A program made the position numbers and the translations under genes. From a virus (taxonomy: Duplodnaviria > Caudoviricetes): 64,000 bases of DNA. Numbering within the stretch: the first letter of the stretch is position 1; each line of letters opens with the position of its first letter. Shown piece after piece: positions 17,769 through 27,589 of this stretch. The stretch lies in the IMG/VR virus record IMGVR_UViG_3300036804_000165, positions 792-64,791 of that record; one strand, 5' to 3'. Below the pieces are notes generated by a model that had not been told where the DNA came from, did not search any database, and was given only the letters and a program-made list of their open reading frames with translations.

Positions 17769-18766
17769 GACCGGCCTCCCGTCAGCGCGCGCAGCGTCGG
17801 TCGCGGCTCAGGCGACGGCTGTCGCAGTCCGGCCAGCATGTCCGGGCTAATGCCAGCGGCCACCAGTGCGGGATCGATAACGAGTTTCTTGGCGCTCTCC
17901 CAGCGTTGCTGACGCAGCCAGTTCACCGGATGGACGGTGTATTGCCCCGGACGAAATTGATAATTGCGCACCCCGGCCAGCAGTTCCTCCGGTGTCACGC
18001 CTTCGGCGAGCACCTGCGCGTAGGCGAGGCGAGCGTTGCGATAGTCGCCATCACAGGCGGGGAAGGCGTCCCAGAATTGCTGCCATCCCTCGGGGTCACG
18101 CTCGCGCGCGAGCGGGAGCGCACGCGTGGGGGCGCGCACGCGCGGGGGAGGCGATGAGAGAGAATGTGAGTCCCCGGATGACTCTTCTAAGGGGGAGTCT
18201 TTTAAGGGGGATTCATTATACATCTCGCACGCCTTGCGAGATGCCACTCGCACGCTTTGCGAGATGCTCGCGGCTGCATCTTGCACGGGTTGCGAGATGG
18301 ATGGCTCTGCATCTCGCACGCTTTGCGAGATGGGTTCCGAGATATCCACAGGCGCAGCATCTTGCACGCTTTGCGAGATGCCATTCAGAACGTTCTGATC
18401 TTCGTCTGCGTGCCAGGACGGGCGATAATCGCTCGATCGCGCTGGTTTCTCCGCCGCCTCGGCCGATCTGAGCAGAAAATAGTGCAGCCCATCGGCCTTG
18501 CTTTCGACGCGGATCAGCCCGCGCTCGACAAGTCCTCGCTCGCGGCGCTTCTCGTCGCCGTGGATCGCCGTCCAGACGCTGCGTTGGGAGATGCCTGTGT
18601 CGCACGCCAGGACGGGCAGCTTGGCATGACAATGCAGATCACCGTCGGCGCGTTCGGCCATGGCGATATAAACCCAGCGTTCGTGCTTGGGCAGATCGAG
18701 CGCGCGCGCGCGCCAGAACGCGTAGGCGATGTTGGGGCTGTTGCCGCCGCCGAGTTCGCCGCTCAT
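17765..18766 (-). CDS. Phage replication initiator (N-terminal wHTH)
   Basis: VYIAMAERAD..LPVLACDTGISQRSVW; C-terminal FWDAFP..HPVNWLRQQRW; internal iterons. Confidence 0.75.
   Translation of the reverse strand: MSGELGGGNSPNIAYAFWRARALDLPKHERWVYIAMAERADGDLHCHAKLPVLACDTGISQRSVWTAIHGDEKRRERGLVERGLIRVESKADGLHYFLLRSAEAAEKPARSSDYRPSWHADEDQNVLNGISQSVQDAAPVDISEPISQSVRDAEPSISQPVQDAAASISQSVRVASRKACEMYNESPLKDSPLEESSGDSHSLSSPPPRVRAPTRALPLARERDPEGWQQFWDAFPACDGDYRNARLAYAQVLAEGVTPEELLAGVRNYQFRPGQYTVHPVNWLRQQRWESAKKLVIDPALVAAGISPDMLAGLRQPSPEPRPTLRALTGGRS
18221..18381. repeat. Five palindromic iterons, putative replication origin
   Basis: CATCTYGCA-N5-TGCGAGATG at ~18221, 18245 (variant), 18277, 18310, 18358, next to a more AT-rich stretch at 18183-18220. 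Confidence 0.8.
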
Positions 18767-19069
18767 GACCGTGCCCCCCGATTGAACAGGATGCACAAGT
18801 CAATTTTCACGAAACTGAGATAAACCATAGCTTTAGCCCTCTTGAAAAGGGCGGTCGGCTATGGCACATAGAGAGCGCATGCTTGCTTTATGTGCCACAG
18901 GCGTTTGTACCGCCCTGGTTTGATCTAGCGATCAGAACGCCTCAAGGTCCCCACCTTGGGGCGCTTCGCTTTGTGCAGTATGCACTCACTCGCAAGGCCC
19001 GACAAGACAGCCTCGTAACGCGTTGATCGCGTATGGTCTTTTGTCATGGCGAGTCGCCTTTCGTGGCGG

Positions 19070-19618
19070 TCATGGAACTTTCTCGCTGGCGGCGAACAGG
19101 CGCCCGGCGACGGCTTGGCCGCCGCGCAACTGCGTGGTTTCCCAGGCCCAGGTGAGGCAGGCATCGCCGGCGTTGTGGTCGGGCACCTTCCAGCCTTGTC
19201 GCTTGCAATAGGCGAGCACCTCGCGCTTCACCGTGCCTTTGGCGAAGCGGGACTGCCCCAACATCGCGAAGCGCACCGCGTCGGCGCTGATCTCGCTGAT
19301 CGGCGCCGAGGCCCGCCATGCCTCGGCGTAGGCGATGCCGCGCAAGGTCAACTGCTGGGCGACCACCTTGAGCGTCGAGACCCCGCACAGCGCGCCCAGC
19401 GGCATCGGGGCTTCCAGCACCAGGCGGCCGGGCTGCAGGGTCTCCATCGCCGCGATCAGTTCGTCCTCGAACGCCGCATAGCGGCCGCCCTCGCCGCCTT
19501 CGTGCGGCAGTCGCCAGCAGCCGAACGCGGGCGTGCGGTCCTCGATCTGCCCGTACGCCCAGCCGACCATGCCGCTCAGGTCAAGCGCGAGCACCCCGCC
19601 GGGTCGTGTCGGCATCAC
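19070..19618 (-). CDS. RuvC-like Holliday junction resolvase
   Basis: VLALDLSGMVGWA, LVLEAP, KREV, DHNAGDA. Confidence 0.75.
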   Translation of the reverse strand: MMPTRPGGVLALDLSGMVGWAYGQIEDRTPAFGCWRLPHEGGEGGRYAAFEDELIAAMETLQPGRLVLEAPMPLGALCGVSTLKVVAQQLTLRGIAYAEAWRASAPISEISADAVRFAMLGQSRFAKGTVKREVLAYCKRQGWKVPDHNAGDACLTWAWETTQLRGGQAVAGRLFAASEKVP

Positions 19619-20250
19619 GCACGCGGGGACGCACCGTTGCCCGCTTTCTTCCGCCGCGGCTTGCGCGTCGGCGTCATCGTCGCCGCACTCGGCACGTAGG
19701 TATCGCTGACCAGGGTCAGCGCGCGCTGCGTCGCGCGCTTGCGTCGCGTCTTGGAGGCGCCGGCGACCTTGACGTCGGGCCCCAGCTCACGCGCGATCGC
19801 CGCCTGACCCTTGTTCCACCATTCCAGCCAATGCACGTGCAGTTCGGTGCCGGGGGTGTACGGGCACTCCTCGATCCTCACGCCGTGCCGCCCGGCCTTG
19901 TAGCCGGCGTCCTCGGCGTCCCACAGATCATCCTCGCGCTGCGTCTGCTGGCTGATCGTGGTGTCGAAGCCCTCGAACAGCGACGCCTGGGTCAGCGGGA
20001 TATGGATCAGGCCCATGTAGCGGATCTGATCGCGCAGATCCTGCGCCACCACTTCGGGGTCCAGCTTCGACGCCTTCACCGCATTGATCATCGCGGTGGT
20101 GTTGACGCCGTCGCTTTTCGCCCGCTTGACAATGTTGCGCAGCACACCATTGGCCTCTTCGCACAACCGCTTCTGTTTGCGGTACTGGCGCGTCCAGTCC
20201 ACCGCCGAGTCGTTGCTCGCGGTATTGGAACCGGCTTGATCAAGCGGCAT
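19615..20250 (-). CDS. GapR/DUF2312-like protein with C-terminal Rmf-like motif
   Basis: NIVKRAKSDGVNT.A..V.ASKLDP..YM; GYKAGRHG..CPY.PG..WL.WW.KGQ. Confidence 0.6.
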   Translation of the reverse strand: MPLDQAGSNTASNDSAVDWTRQYRKQKRLCEEANGVLRNIVKRAKSDGVNTTAMINAVKASKLDPEVVAQDLRDQIRYMGLIHIPLTQASLFEGFDTTISQQTQREDDLWDAEDAGYKAGRHGVRIEECPYTPGTELHVHWLEWWNKGQAAIARELGPDVKVAGASKTRRKRATQRALTLVSDTYVPSAATMTPTRKPRRKKAGNGASPRA

Positions 20251-20653
20251 GATGCTTCCCTCGGCGCCCTGCTTGCGCCCTGTTTGCGTTAACAATTGGT
20301 GGTACTTGCGCATCGACCGGTAGTGCATCTTGCACAACGCGGCGGACAGCTTTTATACCGGTCGCGTCACCGTCGACTGGATTTGCTTTGCTGTTTGTCA
20401 ATGTCGCGCGTTTCTTCGCCTTGGCTGCCACCGAGACGGCCCGGAGCGTTGCGTATGTCACACCCTGGATACCGCGCCGGCGAGCGGCCTTCACCAGATC
20501 GTCCCAGTACGCCACGGGAATAGACCCGCGGCGCAGCCAGGCCGCGACGGTGAAGTGCGAGAGCGTCAGATCGCGCGCCACCGTGGCGATGTCAGGCCAC
20601 AGTCGGAGCAGCTTGACCGCGATCATGTCGGTTGGAGGTTGAGACTTGGTCAT
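20240..20653 (-). CDS. Cro-like HTH regulator
   Basis: LWPDIATVARDL..TVAAWLRRGSIPVAYW; divergent from the CI-like gene. Confidence 0.7.
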   Translation of the reverse strand: MTKSQPPTDMIAVKLLRLWPDIATVARDLTLSHFTVAAWLRRGSIPVAYWDDLVKAARRRGIQGVTYATLRAVSVAAKAKKRATLTNSKANPVDGDATGIKAVRRVVQDALPVDAQVPPIVNANRAQAGRRGKHHAA

Positions 20654-20665
20654 GGCGGCGCGCAA

Positions 20666-20680
20666 TGTGCGCTTAGCACA
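20666..20680. promoter_or_regulatory. Putative operator TGTGC-N5-GCACA
   Basis: Palindrome between cro-like and cI-like genes; recurs at 21972 and 54825. Confidence 0.55.
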
Positions 20681-20740
20681 ATCGGAGTTCAAGCGGCTTT
20701 CCCCCCGTCGCGCCGGCGACGCACACAGGATATTTTTGTC

Positions 20741-21376
20741 ATGAGCCTGATCAGCAAAAGCAACTCGGTCGCCGAACGGCTGCGCGAGGCACGCACGCGC
20801 GCGGGCTACCAGAGCGCGAGCGAGTTCGCCCGTTTTGCGAATATCAATTATACCACTTACGCGCACCACGAGAATGGGCGCCGTGAGATCAAACCAGACA
20901 TTGCGCGTGTCTATGCACGCCTGTTGAGTCTGCCAGCGGGGACGCTACTGTATGGCGAACAGACGGCGACACGACCGTCGGTACGGATCATGTCGCGAAC
21001 CGGTGCGCAGGGGAGGATCGAGCCAATTCTAAGCAAGAGCGGCAAGACACCGGTCGTGGAACTGCCCGATCCCTGGAGCTTGGTCGGCACCCAGATCGTC
21101 GGCGATGACCTGTATCCGGCCTATCGTGACGGTGACGTGGTGTTTCACCGCGCGCTGCGCACAGAGCGCTACGATCCCACGATGATCAGCGGCGTCGAAT
21201 GCGTGGTTGAACTGCAGGATGGCACGGTGCTGTTGCGGCACGTGACGGTGCAGGCGGACGGCCGCGCCACGCTCTCGGCCTATCAGACGCCGCCGCTGAT
21301 CAACCAGATCATCGTCGCCGCCGCGCCGGTGGAGATCGTCCAGCGCAACCTGCCGCGCCGCTATGTCAATCACTGA
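20741..21376 (+). CDS. CI-like repressor (XRE HTH + S24-like domain)
   Basis: ERLREARTRAGYQSASEFAR..TTYAHHENGRR; VGDDLYPAYRDGDVV. Confidence 0.8.
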   Translation: MSLISKSNSVAERLREARTRAGYQSASEFARFANINYTTYAHHENGRREIKPDIARVYARLLSLPAGTLLYGEQTATRPSVRIMSRTGAQGRIEPILSKSGKTPVVELPDPWSLVGTQIVGDDLYPAYRDGDVVFHRALRTERYDPTMISGVECVVELQDGTVLLRHVTVQADGRATLSAYQTPPLINQIIVAAAPVEIVQRNLPRRYVNH

Positions 21377-21777
21377 TGGCCGCGCTGGTGATCGGTGCGG
21401 AGGAGCGCCTGGCGATCCTCCAATTGCGGCTGCTGGCGGAGGCCAACCCGTTTGATATCGCGCAGGCGGAGGCGCTGGCGGCGCGCGCCATCGACGACTA
21501 CCGCGCCTGGATGGAAACCATGAGCCTTGTCCTGCCCGTCGGCTATCAAGTGACCTATTCGCGCGAAATCCAGTCCTTCGGGCTGTGCGACCATATCAGC
21601 GTCAGCGTCGCGCGCCGCGACATGCTGCCCTCGCCCGAGGCGATGGAACTGATCCTCGAAGCGTTCGGGATGCAGCCCGCCGGCGCTCACGTCACCGCCA
21701 ATATCTGGGTCGAAAGCGTGGCCGTTGGGTTACGCGCCGTCAACATTGTGCAGATTGTCGCCGACGATCCGCGCTGA
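21376..21777 (+). CDS. Hypothetical protein
   Basis: TGATG coupling; HISVSV..LPSP motif. Confidence 0.7.
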   Translation: MAALVIGAEERLAILQLRLLAEANPFDIAQAEALAARAIDDYRAWMETMSLVLPVGYQVTYSREIQSFGLCDHISVSVARRDMLPSPEAMELILEAFGMQPAGAHVTANIWVESVAVGLRAVNIVQIVADDPR

Positions 21778-21943
21778 GGATCGATCGCAACCGCGAACGG
21801 GTTTGAGGCCCGGCTCCAAGCCCCGCAGTCGACCGCCAGCCTAACCTGACGCCGGGCGATCGCCGACACGCGCGAGCAATCGTCCGATCGCGCGTTCGTG
21901 TGCGTTGGCAGTCCGTTCTCACCGTGGTCTGTGCGTAGCGCGC

Positions 21944-21987
21944 TTGACACCCTTTCTTCGCGCGCACAGAATGTGCGTAACGCACAT
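21944..21987 (+). promoter_or_regulatory. Sigma70-like promoter with overlapping operator
   Basis: TTGACA(21944)-N17-CAGAAT(21967), then ATGTGCGTAACGCACAT palindrome. Confidence 0.65.
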
Positions 21988-22042
21988 ATTGCAAGGGAGA
22001 TCGGCGGTGTCGTCAGCACGTCATTCGTCCGCGCAGAAACGC

Positions 22043-22360
22043 ATGATCTGGCCGCCGGAACCCGGCCCGTTCAGCCTGCGTCTGGTCAAGGGCGGCTGGC
22101 GGGTGCCCGCGCGCATCGTCCGCGACGCCGAGGATCGCTGGCACGCCGAGGTCGATGGCGAGGCGCACGCGGCGGACGCCGATCCCGCGCAAGCCGTCAT
22201 GGTCGCCACGCTCTGGCATGTCGGCATCAAGATCGACGAGCAGACCTACGACTGGCTGCTCGCGATGAAGGCGCACGCGCTCGCGCGTGAGCCGGACCAC
22301 CCGTGTCTCCATCCGCGCAAGCCGATCGATCCACGGCTCTTAAAACCCCGATACTTCTGA
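22043..22360 (+). CDS. Hypothetical protein
   Basis: PEPG.F..RLVKGGW.VPARI motif. Confidence 0.7.
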   Translation: MIWPPEPGPFSLRLVKGGWRVPARIVRDAEDRWHAEVDGEAHAADADPAQAVMVATLWHVGIKIDEQTYDWLLAMKAHALAREPDHPCLHPRKPIDPRLLKPRYF

Positions 22361-22375
22361 GAGGACACCATTGTC

Positions 22376-23164
22376 ATGAACGACACATCGCTTGTGCATG
22401 TCCGCGACACGAACGCCCCGCCGCCGCCGACGCCGCTGTCGCCGCGCGAGATCGCCGAATTTCTCGACTACGCCGGCACCCAACTGAAAGACCGCCGCGC
22501 CGAAGTGACGGCGGCGCTGGACGCCAATATCGCCGCGCACCCGGAGATCGAGGACGACGAGGTGCTCGCCACGATCGCGGAAAACATGCGCTTGGCCGCC
22601 GCGCTGGGGCGCACCGCCGAAGAGCGCCGGGTGCAGCACAAAGACCCCTTCCTGGAAGGCGGTCGCGTGGTCGACGGCTGGTTCAAGCGTTTCCGGGCGC
22701 CGCTCGACAAGGCCATGGCGCCGGTGCAGGCGGCGATGGACGCCTACGGCGCGCGCAAGCTGGCGCGTCAGCAGGCCGAGGCCGAGGCGCAGCGGAAGAG
22801 CGCGCAGGCCGAGGCCGATCGCGCCATCGCCCGCGCCTCCGAGGCGCTGCGGCAAGGCGGCTCGGCGAGCGCGGCGCTGGACCTCGCCGCCGACGCCGCC
22901 CTGCGCGCCGAGGAAGCAGAGGAACGCACGCACGCGCGACCGGCCGATCTGACCCGCACCTACAGTGATTTCGGCGCCGTCGCCTCGGTGCGGCAGAAGT
23001 GGAAATGGCGCGTCGTCAATGCGGCGGCGGTGCCGCGCGAGTACCTGATGATCGATGATGATCTGGTCAAAGTCGCGGCCAAGAAACGCGACAGCGCCGG
23101 CAAGCCGGTCGTCATGATCCCAGGCATCGAGTTCTACGCCGAAACCAAAATGGGCGTGCGGTAG
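22376..23164 (+). CDS. Coiled-coil phage recombination-module protein (Gp157-like C-terminus)
   Basis: KDPFLEGGRVVDGWF; W.WRVVN..VPREYL..IPGIEFY. Confidence 0.7.
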   Translation: MNDTSLVHVRDTNAPPPPTPLSPREIAEFLDYAGTQLKDRRAEVTAALDANIAAHPEIEDDEVLATIAENMRLAAALGRTAEERRVQHKDPFLEGGRVVDGWFKRFRAPLDKAMAPVQAAMDAYGARKLARQQAEAEAQRKSAQAEADRAIARASEALRQGGSASAALDLAADAALRAEEAEERTHARPADLTRTYSDFGAVASVRQKWKWRVVNAAAVPREYLMIDDDLVKVAAKKRDSAGKPVVMIPGIEFYAETKMGVR

Positions 23165-23392
23165 ATGCCCCGCGAGCAGAGAAGCGCGTCGCGGCTGCTG
23201 AACGCCGCGCACGCCGCCTTGGTCTTCGTCAGCGACTACCGCGATGAACTGATGCGCTCGTACTGCCTGTGCGACGCGCTGGGCACGCCGCTGCGCGATA
23301 CCGCCGACCCGATCGAAAGCACACACCTGCGCGAAGTCGAGGCGCTGATCGACCGGCTCGCTTCCGCCATCAATGAGGAGCTGAGAACATGA
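23165..23392 (+). CDS. Hypothetical protein
   Basis: In operon. Confidence 0.6.
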   Translation: MPREQRSASRLLNAAHAALVFVSDYRDELMRSYCLCDALGTPLRDTADPIESTHLREVEALIDRLASAINEELRT

Positions 23393-25344
23393 ACGAAACC
23401 ATCAAGCCGCAGCCCGGCCAATCGACCGCGCTGTCCGCGCCGTCGAAAGCCAGCTTTAAGAAACTGGCCGACTGCCGCAGCCTGGGCGAGGCGTTCCAGA
23501 CCGCGGAACTGAAATCCCTGGTCGCCGATGCGGCGCCGAAGTTCATGGACGCGGGCGCGATGCTGCGGACCTGGGTGCAGGCGGCGAACAAGCAGCCGCT
23601 CATCTATCAGGCCGAACTGCGACAGGTCCTGGGCGCGTTCCAATCGCTCGCCTATCTCGGCCTCGTGCCCAACACCCATCTCAACCACGCGCACATGATC
23701 CCGTTCAAGACCAAGCGCTACAACCCGCAGACCAAAAAGCGCGACATCGACGCGGTCGATTTGCAGATCATCATCGGCTACGCCGGTTACATCGAACTGG
23801 GCTATCGCGCCGATGCGATCCTGCCGCCGCATTGCGACGTGGTCTACGACGAGCGGCTGGAAGGGTTCCATTACTCGTATGGTTCAAATTCGCATCTTGA
23901 GCATGGCGGCAAGCCGTATGATTTCCGCCCGAGCGGCGATCCGCGCTACGCCTACGCCTACGTCAAGCTGAAAGGTGGCGGCGAGCAATTCGAGGTCATG
24001 CCGTGGGTCGATGTGATGCGGATCAGGGATCGCTCGCAGGCGTACCGCACCGCCCTGGCGGCGAAGGAAAAGGCCGAGCAGGAAGGCTGGCGCATTCCTG
24101 TCACCTGGACCGAGGCGCCGTGGGTGCGCGATCAGGCCGAAATGGGCAAGAAAACCCCGTTGCGGCGGCTGTTCAAAATCCTGCCGAAATGTCCCGAACT
24201 GCGCGCGGCGGCGGCGCTGGAAGACGCGATCGACAGCGGCAAGCGGCTTGACTTCGGCCCGGTGATCGACGGCACCGCCTCGCCGCTGGAAGGCGGCGTG
24301 CCCGAGGCGCAGGAGGATGATCCCCCGGCGGCGGTCGATCCCGCGACCGCCTACGGCGTGCGCGGCAGTGCGCCCCCCATGGAGGACAAGCGCGCGGTCA
24401 GCACGCGCAAGGCCGAGCCGCCCACCGACGAGCACGGCTCGTGGATCGAGGAGCAGGAGCGCGACGAGCGCGCGGCGCAGACCCGCAGCCCGGCCGCGCC
24501 CAAGGTTGCGTCGGGCCCCGCGCAACAAAATCCGAAAACCGAGCCGCCCCGTCAACAGACGGCCGCGCCGGGTTTCGAGGCGGTGCTGATCGACGCCGGC
24601 GGCGAGGCATCCGATGCGGTCTACGATAGCCCCGCCGCGTTCGCCCGCGCCTACATGGCGCTGTGGCACGTCGCGGATCAGGCGGAGGACGCGAGCGCGA
24701 TCGACGCGCTGGCGGAGTACAACGCCGACGCGCTGGCCGACGCCGCGCAAGGGAGCGAGGATGCCCAGCGCATCCTGGCGGCGACGCAGGCGCACAAGCC
24801 CGCCGACGAGCCGGTCAAACAAAATGTTCGACCGCCGATCGTCGCGGTCGAACCGCCGGAAGATCGCGGCAAGACCTCCTGGCCGGGCTACATCAAGCTG
24901 CTCAAGGCGACGTTGGCGGAGGTTACGGCGGAGGAGTTCGGCGCCTGGGCCGCCGCCCAGCGGGCCGCCCTGGAACGCTGTCCGACCGCGCAGCGGGTGC
25001 TGGCGGTGCGCGCGATCGCCGAAACGGCGGGGATGCGCAAGGTCGAACAGCCGCTGTGGCTCGGCGATCTGATCAAGGCGAAGGAGAAACCCCCGGCGAG
25101 CGCGCCGCCGCCCGCCGAGCCGCCCGCCGAGCCGGTCACCGACGCGGACGAGAAATGGGTCAACAACCGCATCGGCGAAATGCACGAGATCACCACGCGC
25201 GACGCGTTCGATCAGCTTGTCGGATCGGGCGCGGTGCGCACCATCATGGCGCGGCTCAGGCGCGAGAAGCGCGCGCTGTTCGATCGCGCCGATGCGGCGT
25301 TCTCCGCCAAGCATCAGGCGCTGCCCCCGCCGGAGGCGGTGTGA
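23389..25344 (+). CDS. recT: RecT-family single-strand annealing protein with long C-terminal extension
   Basis: LGLVPN..AHMIPF..QIIIGYAGYIEL..PW....EMGKKTPLRRLFKILP. Confidence 0.8.
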   Translation: MNETIKPQPGQSTALSAPSKASFKKLADCRSLGEAFQTAELKSLVADAAPKFMDAGAMLRTWVQAANKQPLIYQAELRQVLGAFQSLAYLGLVPNTHLNHAHMIPFKTKRYNPQTKKRDIDAVDLQIIIGYAGYIELGYRADAILPPHCDVVYDERLEGFHYSYGSNSHLEHGGKPYDFRPSGDPRYAYAYVKLKGGGEQFEVMPWVDVMRIRDRSQAYRTALAAKEKAEQEGWRIPVTWTEAPWVRDQAEMGKKTPLRRLFKILPKCPELRAAAALEDAIDSGKRLDFGPVIDGTASPLEGGVPEAQEDDPPAAVDPATAYGVRGSAPPMEDKRAVSTRKAEPPTDEHGSWIEEQERDERAAQTRSPAAPKVASGPAQQNPKTEPPRQQTAAPGFEAVLIDAGGEASDAVYDSPAAFARAYMALWHVADQAEDASAIDALAEYNADALADAAQGSEDAQRILAATQAHKPADEPVKQNVRPPIVAVEPPEDRGKTSWPGYIKLLKATLAEVTAEEFGAWAAAQRAALERCPTAQRVLAVRAIAETAGMRKVEQPLWLGDLIKAKEKPPASAPPPAEPPAEPVTDADEKWVNNRIGEMHEITTRDAFDQLVGSGAVRTIMARLRREKRALFDRADAAFSAKHQALPPPEAV

Positions 25345-25679
25345 TGGCGTCGCTGCACGCGCACGGGCATCTGGCGGCGTTCTCCTCGCTGCTGGCGCAT
25401 GACCCGGACGCCTCGAAGCTGCACATGCGCGATTTGCAGGTGATCGCCCTGCTGGTCGCGCACGACGTGCCGCTGTCGATCGGCGCGATCGCGACGATGC
25501 TCTCGGTTTCCTCGCCGCATATCAGCCGGGTCTGCGACCGGCTGGTGACACGTGATCTGCTGGTGCGTAACGAAAGCCCCACGGATCGCCGGATTGCCCT
25601 GCTGACGCCGACGCCAGCAGGCCGCGCGCTCGATGAGCGGGTCGCGCGTCACTATCAGTCGTCGGCTATTCCCGCCTGA
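25344..25679 (+). CDS. MarR-family regulator
   Basis: SPHISRVCDRLV..LLVRNESPTDRRI..LT.AGR. Confidence 0.8.
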   Translation: MASLHAHGHLAAFSSLLAHDPDASKLHMRDLQVIALLVAHDVPLSIGAIATMLSVSSPHISRVCDRLVTRDLLVRNESPTDRRIALLTPTPAGRALDERVARHYQSSAIPA

Positions 25680-25697
25680 CCCCGAAAGGACACCCCC

Positions 25698-27320
25698 ATG
25701 TTGATCGCTATCGACACCATTCACGAATCCCCCGGCAACGCCCGCAAGGTCGGCGCCGGTCCGGCCGCCGACGCCGCGCTGCAAGCCTCGATCGACAAGA
25801 TCGGGCTGCTGCAGCCGGTCCTCGTCGCGCCGTCACCCGAGCCGGGGCAATGGCTGCTGCGGGCCGGGCATCGGCGCCTCGCCGCGATGCGCGCGCTGGG
25901 TCATACGCAGATCGAGGCGACGGATCGCGGCGCACCTGACGACGATATCCCCGAGGTCGCGATCAGCGCGGCGGAGAATATGGTGCGCGCGGGGATGCAT
26001 CCGGTCGATCAGTGGCGCGCGGTCGCCGCGTTGCAGGCGCAGGCGGGCTACGATCTGGATACCGCTGCCGCGGTGCTGGGCGTGGCGTCCAGCCTCGCGC
26101 GGCGGCTGTCCTGGCTCGGGCAGATGCATCCGGCGCTGCTCGACGCCATGGCCCAGGGCGATCTGCCCGACGCGCAGCATTTGCGCGCGATCGCGCTCGC
26201 ACCGCATGACGTGCAGCGCGAGGCGTTGGCGCGGGGCACCTACAGCACGACGACGCAGGCCGAGCGGGTCGATTGGCGCACCGTCGCTGAGTGCTGCAAG
26301 GTGCGCCGCATCCCGCAGTCGCGTGCGCTGTTCGACATCACGACGCTCACCTGGGACGAGGACTTGTTCGCCCAGCCGGACGCCGATGATCGTTACACCA
26401 CGACCGATACCACGGGCTTTCTGAACAAGCAGTCCGCCGCGCTCGACGCCCAGGTGGCAAAGTCCAAGGGGCGGATCGAACGCATCGCCTACGACACCGA
26501 GGGCAAGACCAAGGCGCCGAAGGGCTGGCAGCTAACCTACGGCGAGGTCCCCAAGCGCTGGAAAAAGGACGACCCGCGCCGCGCCTTCGCGGTGCTGATC
26601 GAGGACGGCTATCAGATCGGCACGGTGGTCTTCCAGTTAGGCGAGCCGGTCGCGACGCGCGCGGAGGCCGAGGACGCGCGCGGGGCAACGCGGCCGCAGG
26701 CGCGGCCGCCGATCAACAAGGCGGTGCAGGCGCGGCTGTCCTTCCTCAAGGCGCAGGCGGTGCGCGAGCGCCTCGCCGACATCGCCCCGACGCACGGATC
26801 GGCGTTCATGTTGAAGGCGCTGCTGCTCGCCTTGACGTTCCGCAACGTCAGTGCCCGCAGCGGGATCGCGGACGCGCTGATCGATCCGCAAGGCCAGCCG
26901 CTCGATCTGTCGGAGGCGAAGCTGTGCGCGCTGACGGCGAGCACGATCGCCGACATGACCGTGTTCGACCGGCCGGACGGCTTCAACTCCTCCGGTGCTG
27001 CGGCGGAATGGCTGGCGACGCTGATCGGGGCGAACATGCCCCGCACCGACACCGCCGACATCCTGCGCGGCATCAGCGGCGAGGCGCTGGCAGCGATCGC
27101 CGAGGCGCACAGCGTCAGTGCGCGCGGCACTGTCGGTGCGTTGCGCAAGCGTCTCGTGGGCGCGTTGCCGGACTGGCGCGCGGCGAGCTTCGGCAAGGCC
27201 GGGCCGATCCACTATACCGACGCGGACGAGGACGAGACCGAAGTGACGGAATTTGCCGAGGTCGGCGAACATGACGACGATGTCACGGTCGAGGCGGTTG
27301 GCGAGGAGATAGCGGAATGA
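25698..27320 (+). CDS. ParB/RepB/Spo0J-family protein
   Basis: SPGNARK..LQASI..IGLLQPVLV..AGHRRLAA..AENMVR.GMHPVDQW. Confidence 0.85.
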   Translation: MLIAIDTIHESPGNARKVGAGPAADAALQASIDKIGLLQPVLVAPSPEPGQWLLRAGHRRLAAMRALGHTQIEATDRGAPDDDIPEVAISAAENMVRAGMHPVDQWRAVAALQAQAGYDLDTAAAVLGVASSLARRLSWLGQMHPALLDAMAQGDLPDAQHLRAIALAPHDVQREALARGTYSTTTQAERVDWRTVAECCKVRRIPQSRALFDITTLTWDEDLFAQPDADDRYTTTDTTGFLNKQSAALDAQVAKSKGRIERIAYDTEGKTKAPKGWQLTYGEVPKRWKKDDPRRAFAVLIEDGYQIGTVVFQLGEPVATRAEAEDARGATRPQARPPINKAVQARLSFLKAQAVRERLADIAPTHGSAFMLKALLLALTFRNVSARSGIADALIDPQGQPLDLSEAKLCALTASTIADMTVFDRPDGFNSSGAAAEWLATLIGANMPRTDTADILRGISGEALAAIAEAHSVSARGTVGALRKRLVGALPDWRAASFGKAGPIHYTDADEDETEVTEFAEVGEHDDDVTVEAVGEEIAE

Positions 27321-27523
27321 TCGTGAAAATGCAGTTGGCACTGATGCCCCAGGACGCGCCGATCCTGGTCTATGACCAGTACAAGCGCGTGCATCACACG
27401 CTGCCGCAGACGCCGACGTTGCGCAAGATGTTCGCCGGTCGGATGAAAATCTACGCCGAGGCGACGATGAACCGCGATGGGACGCTGACGATCGGTCGGG
27501 TGGTGCCAGATCGCGGCTGGTAG
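27317..27523 (+). CDS. Hypothetical protein
   Basis: ATGA overlap, GGAG RBS. Confidence 0.65.
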   Translation: MIVKMQLALMPQDAPILVYDQYKRVHHTLPQTPTLRKMFAGRMKIYAEATMNRDGTLTIGRVVPDRGW

Positions 27524-27589
27524 CGCACACTGTCTGTGCGATCGGGGCAAATTCCCGGTCGCACCCTTTTTCGCAGAGGACGCCGCCTT

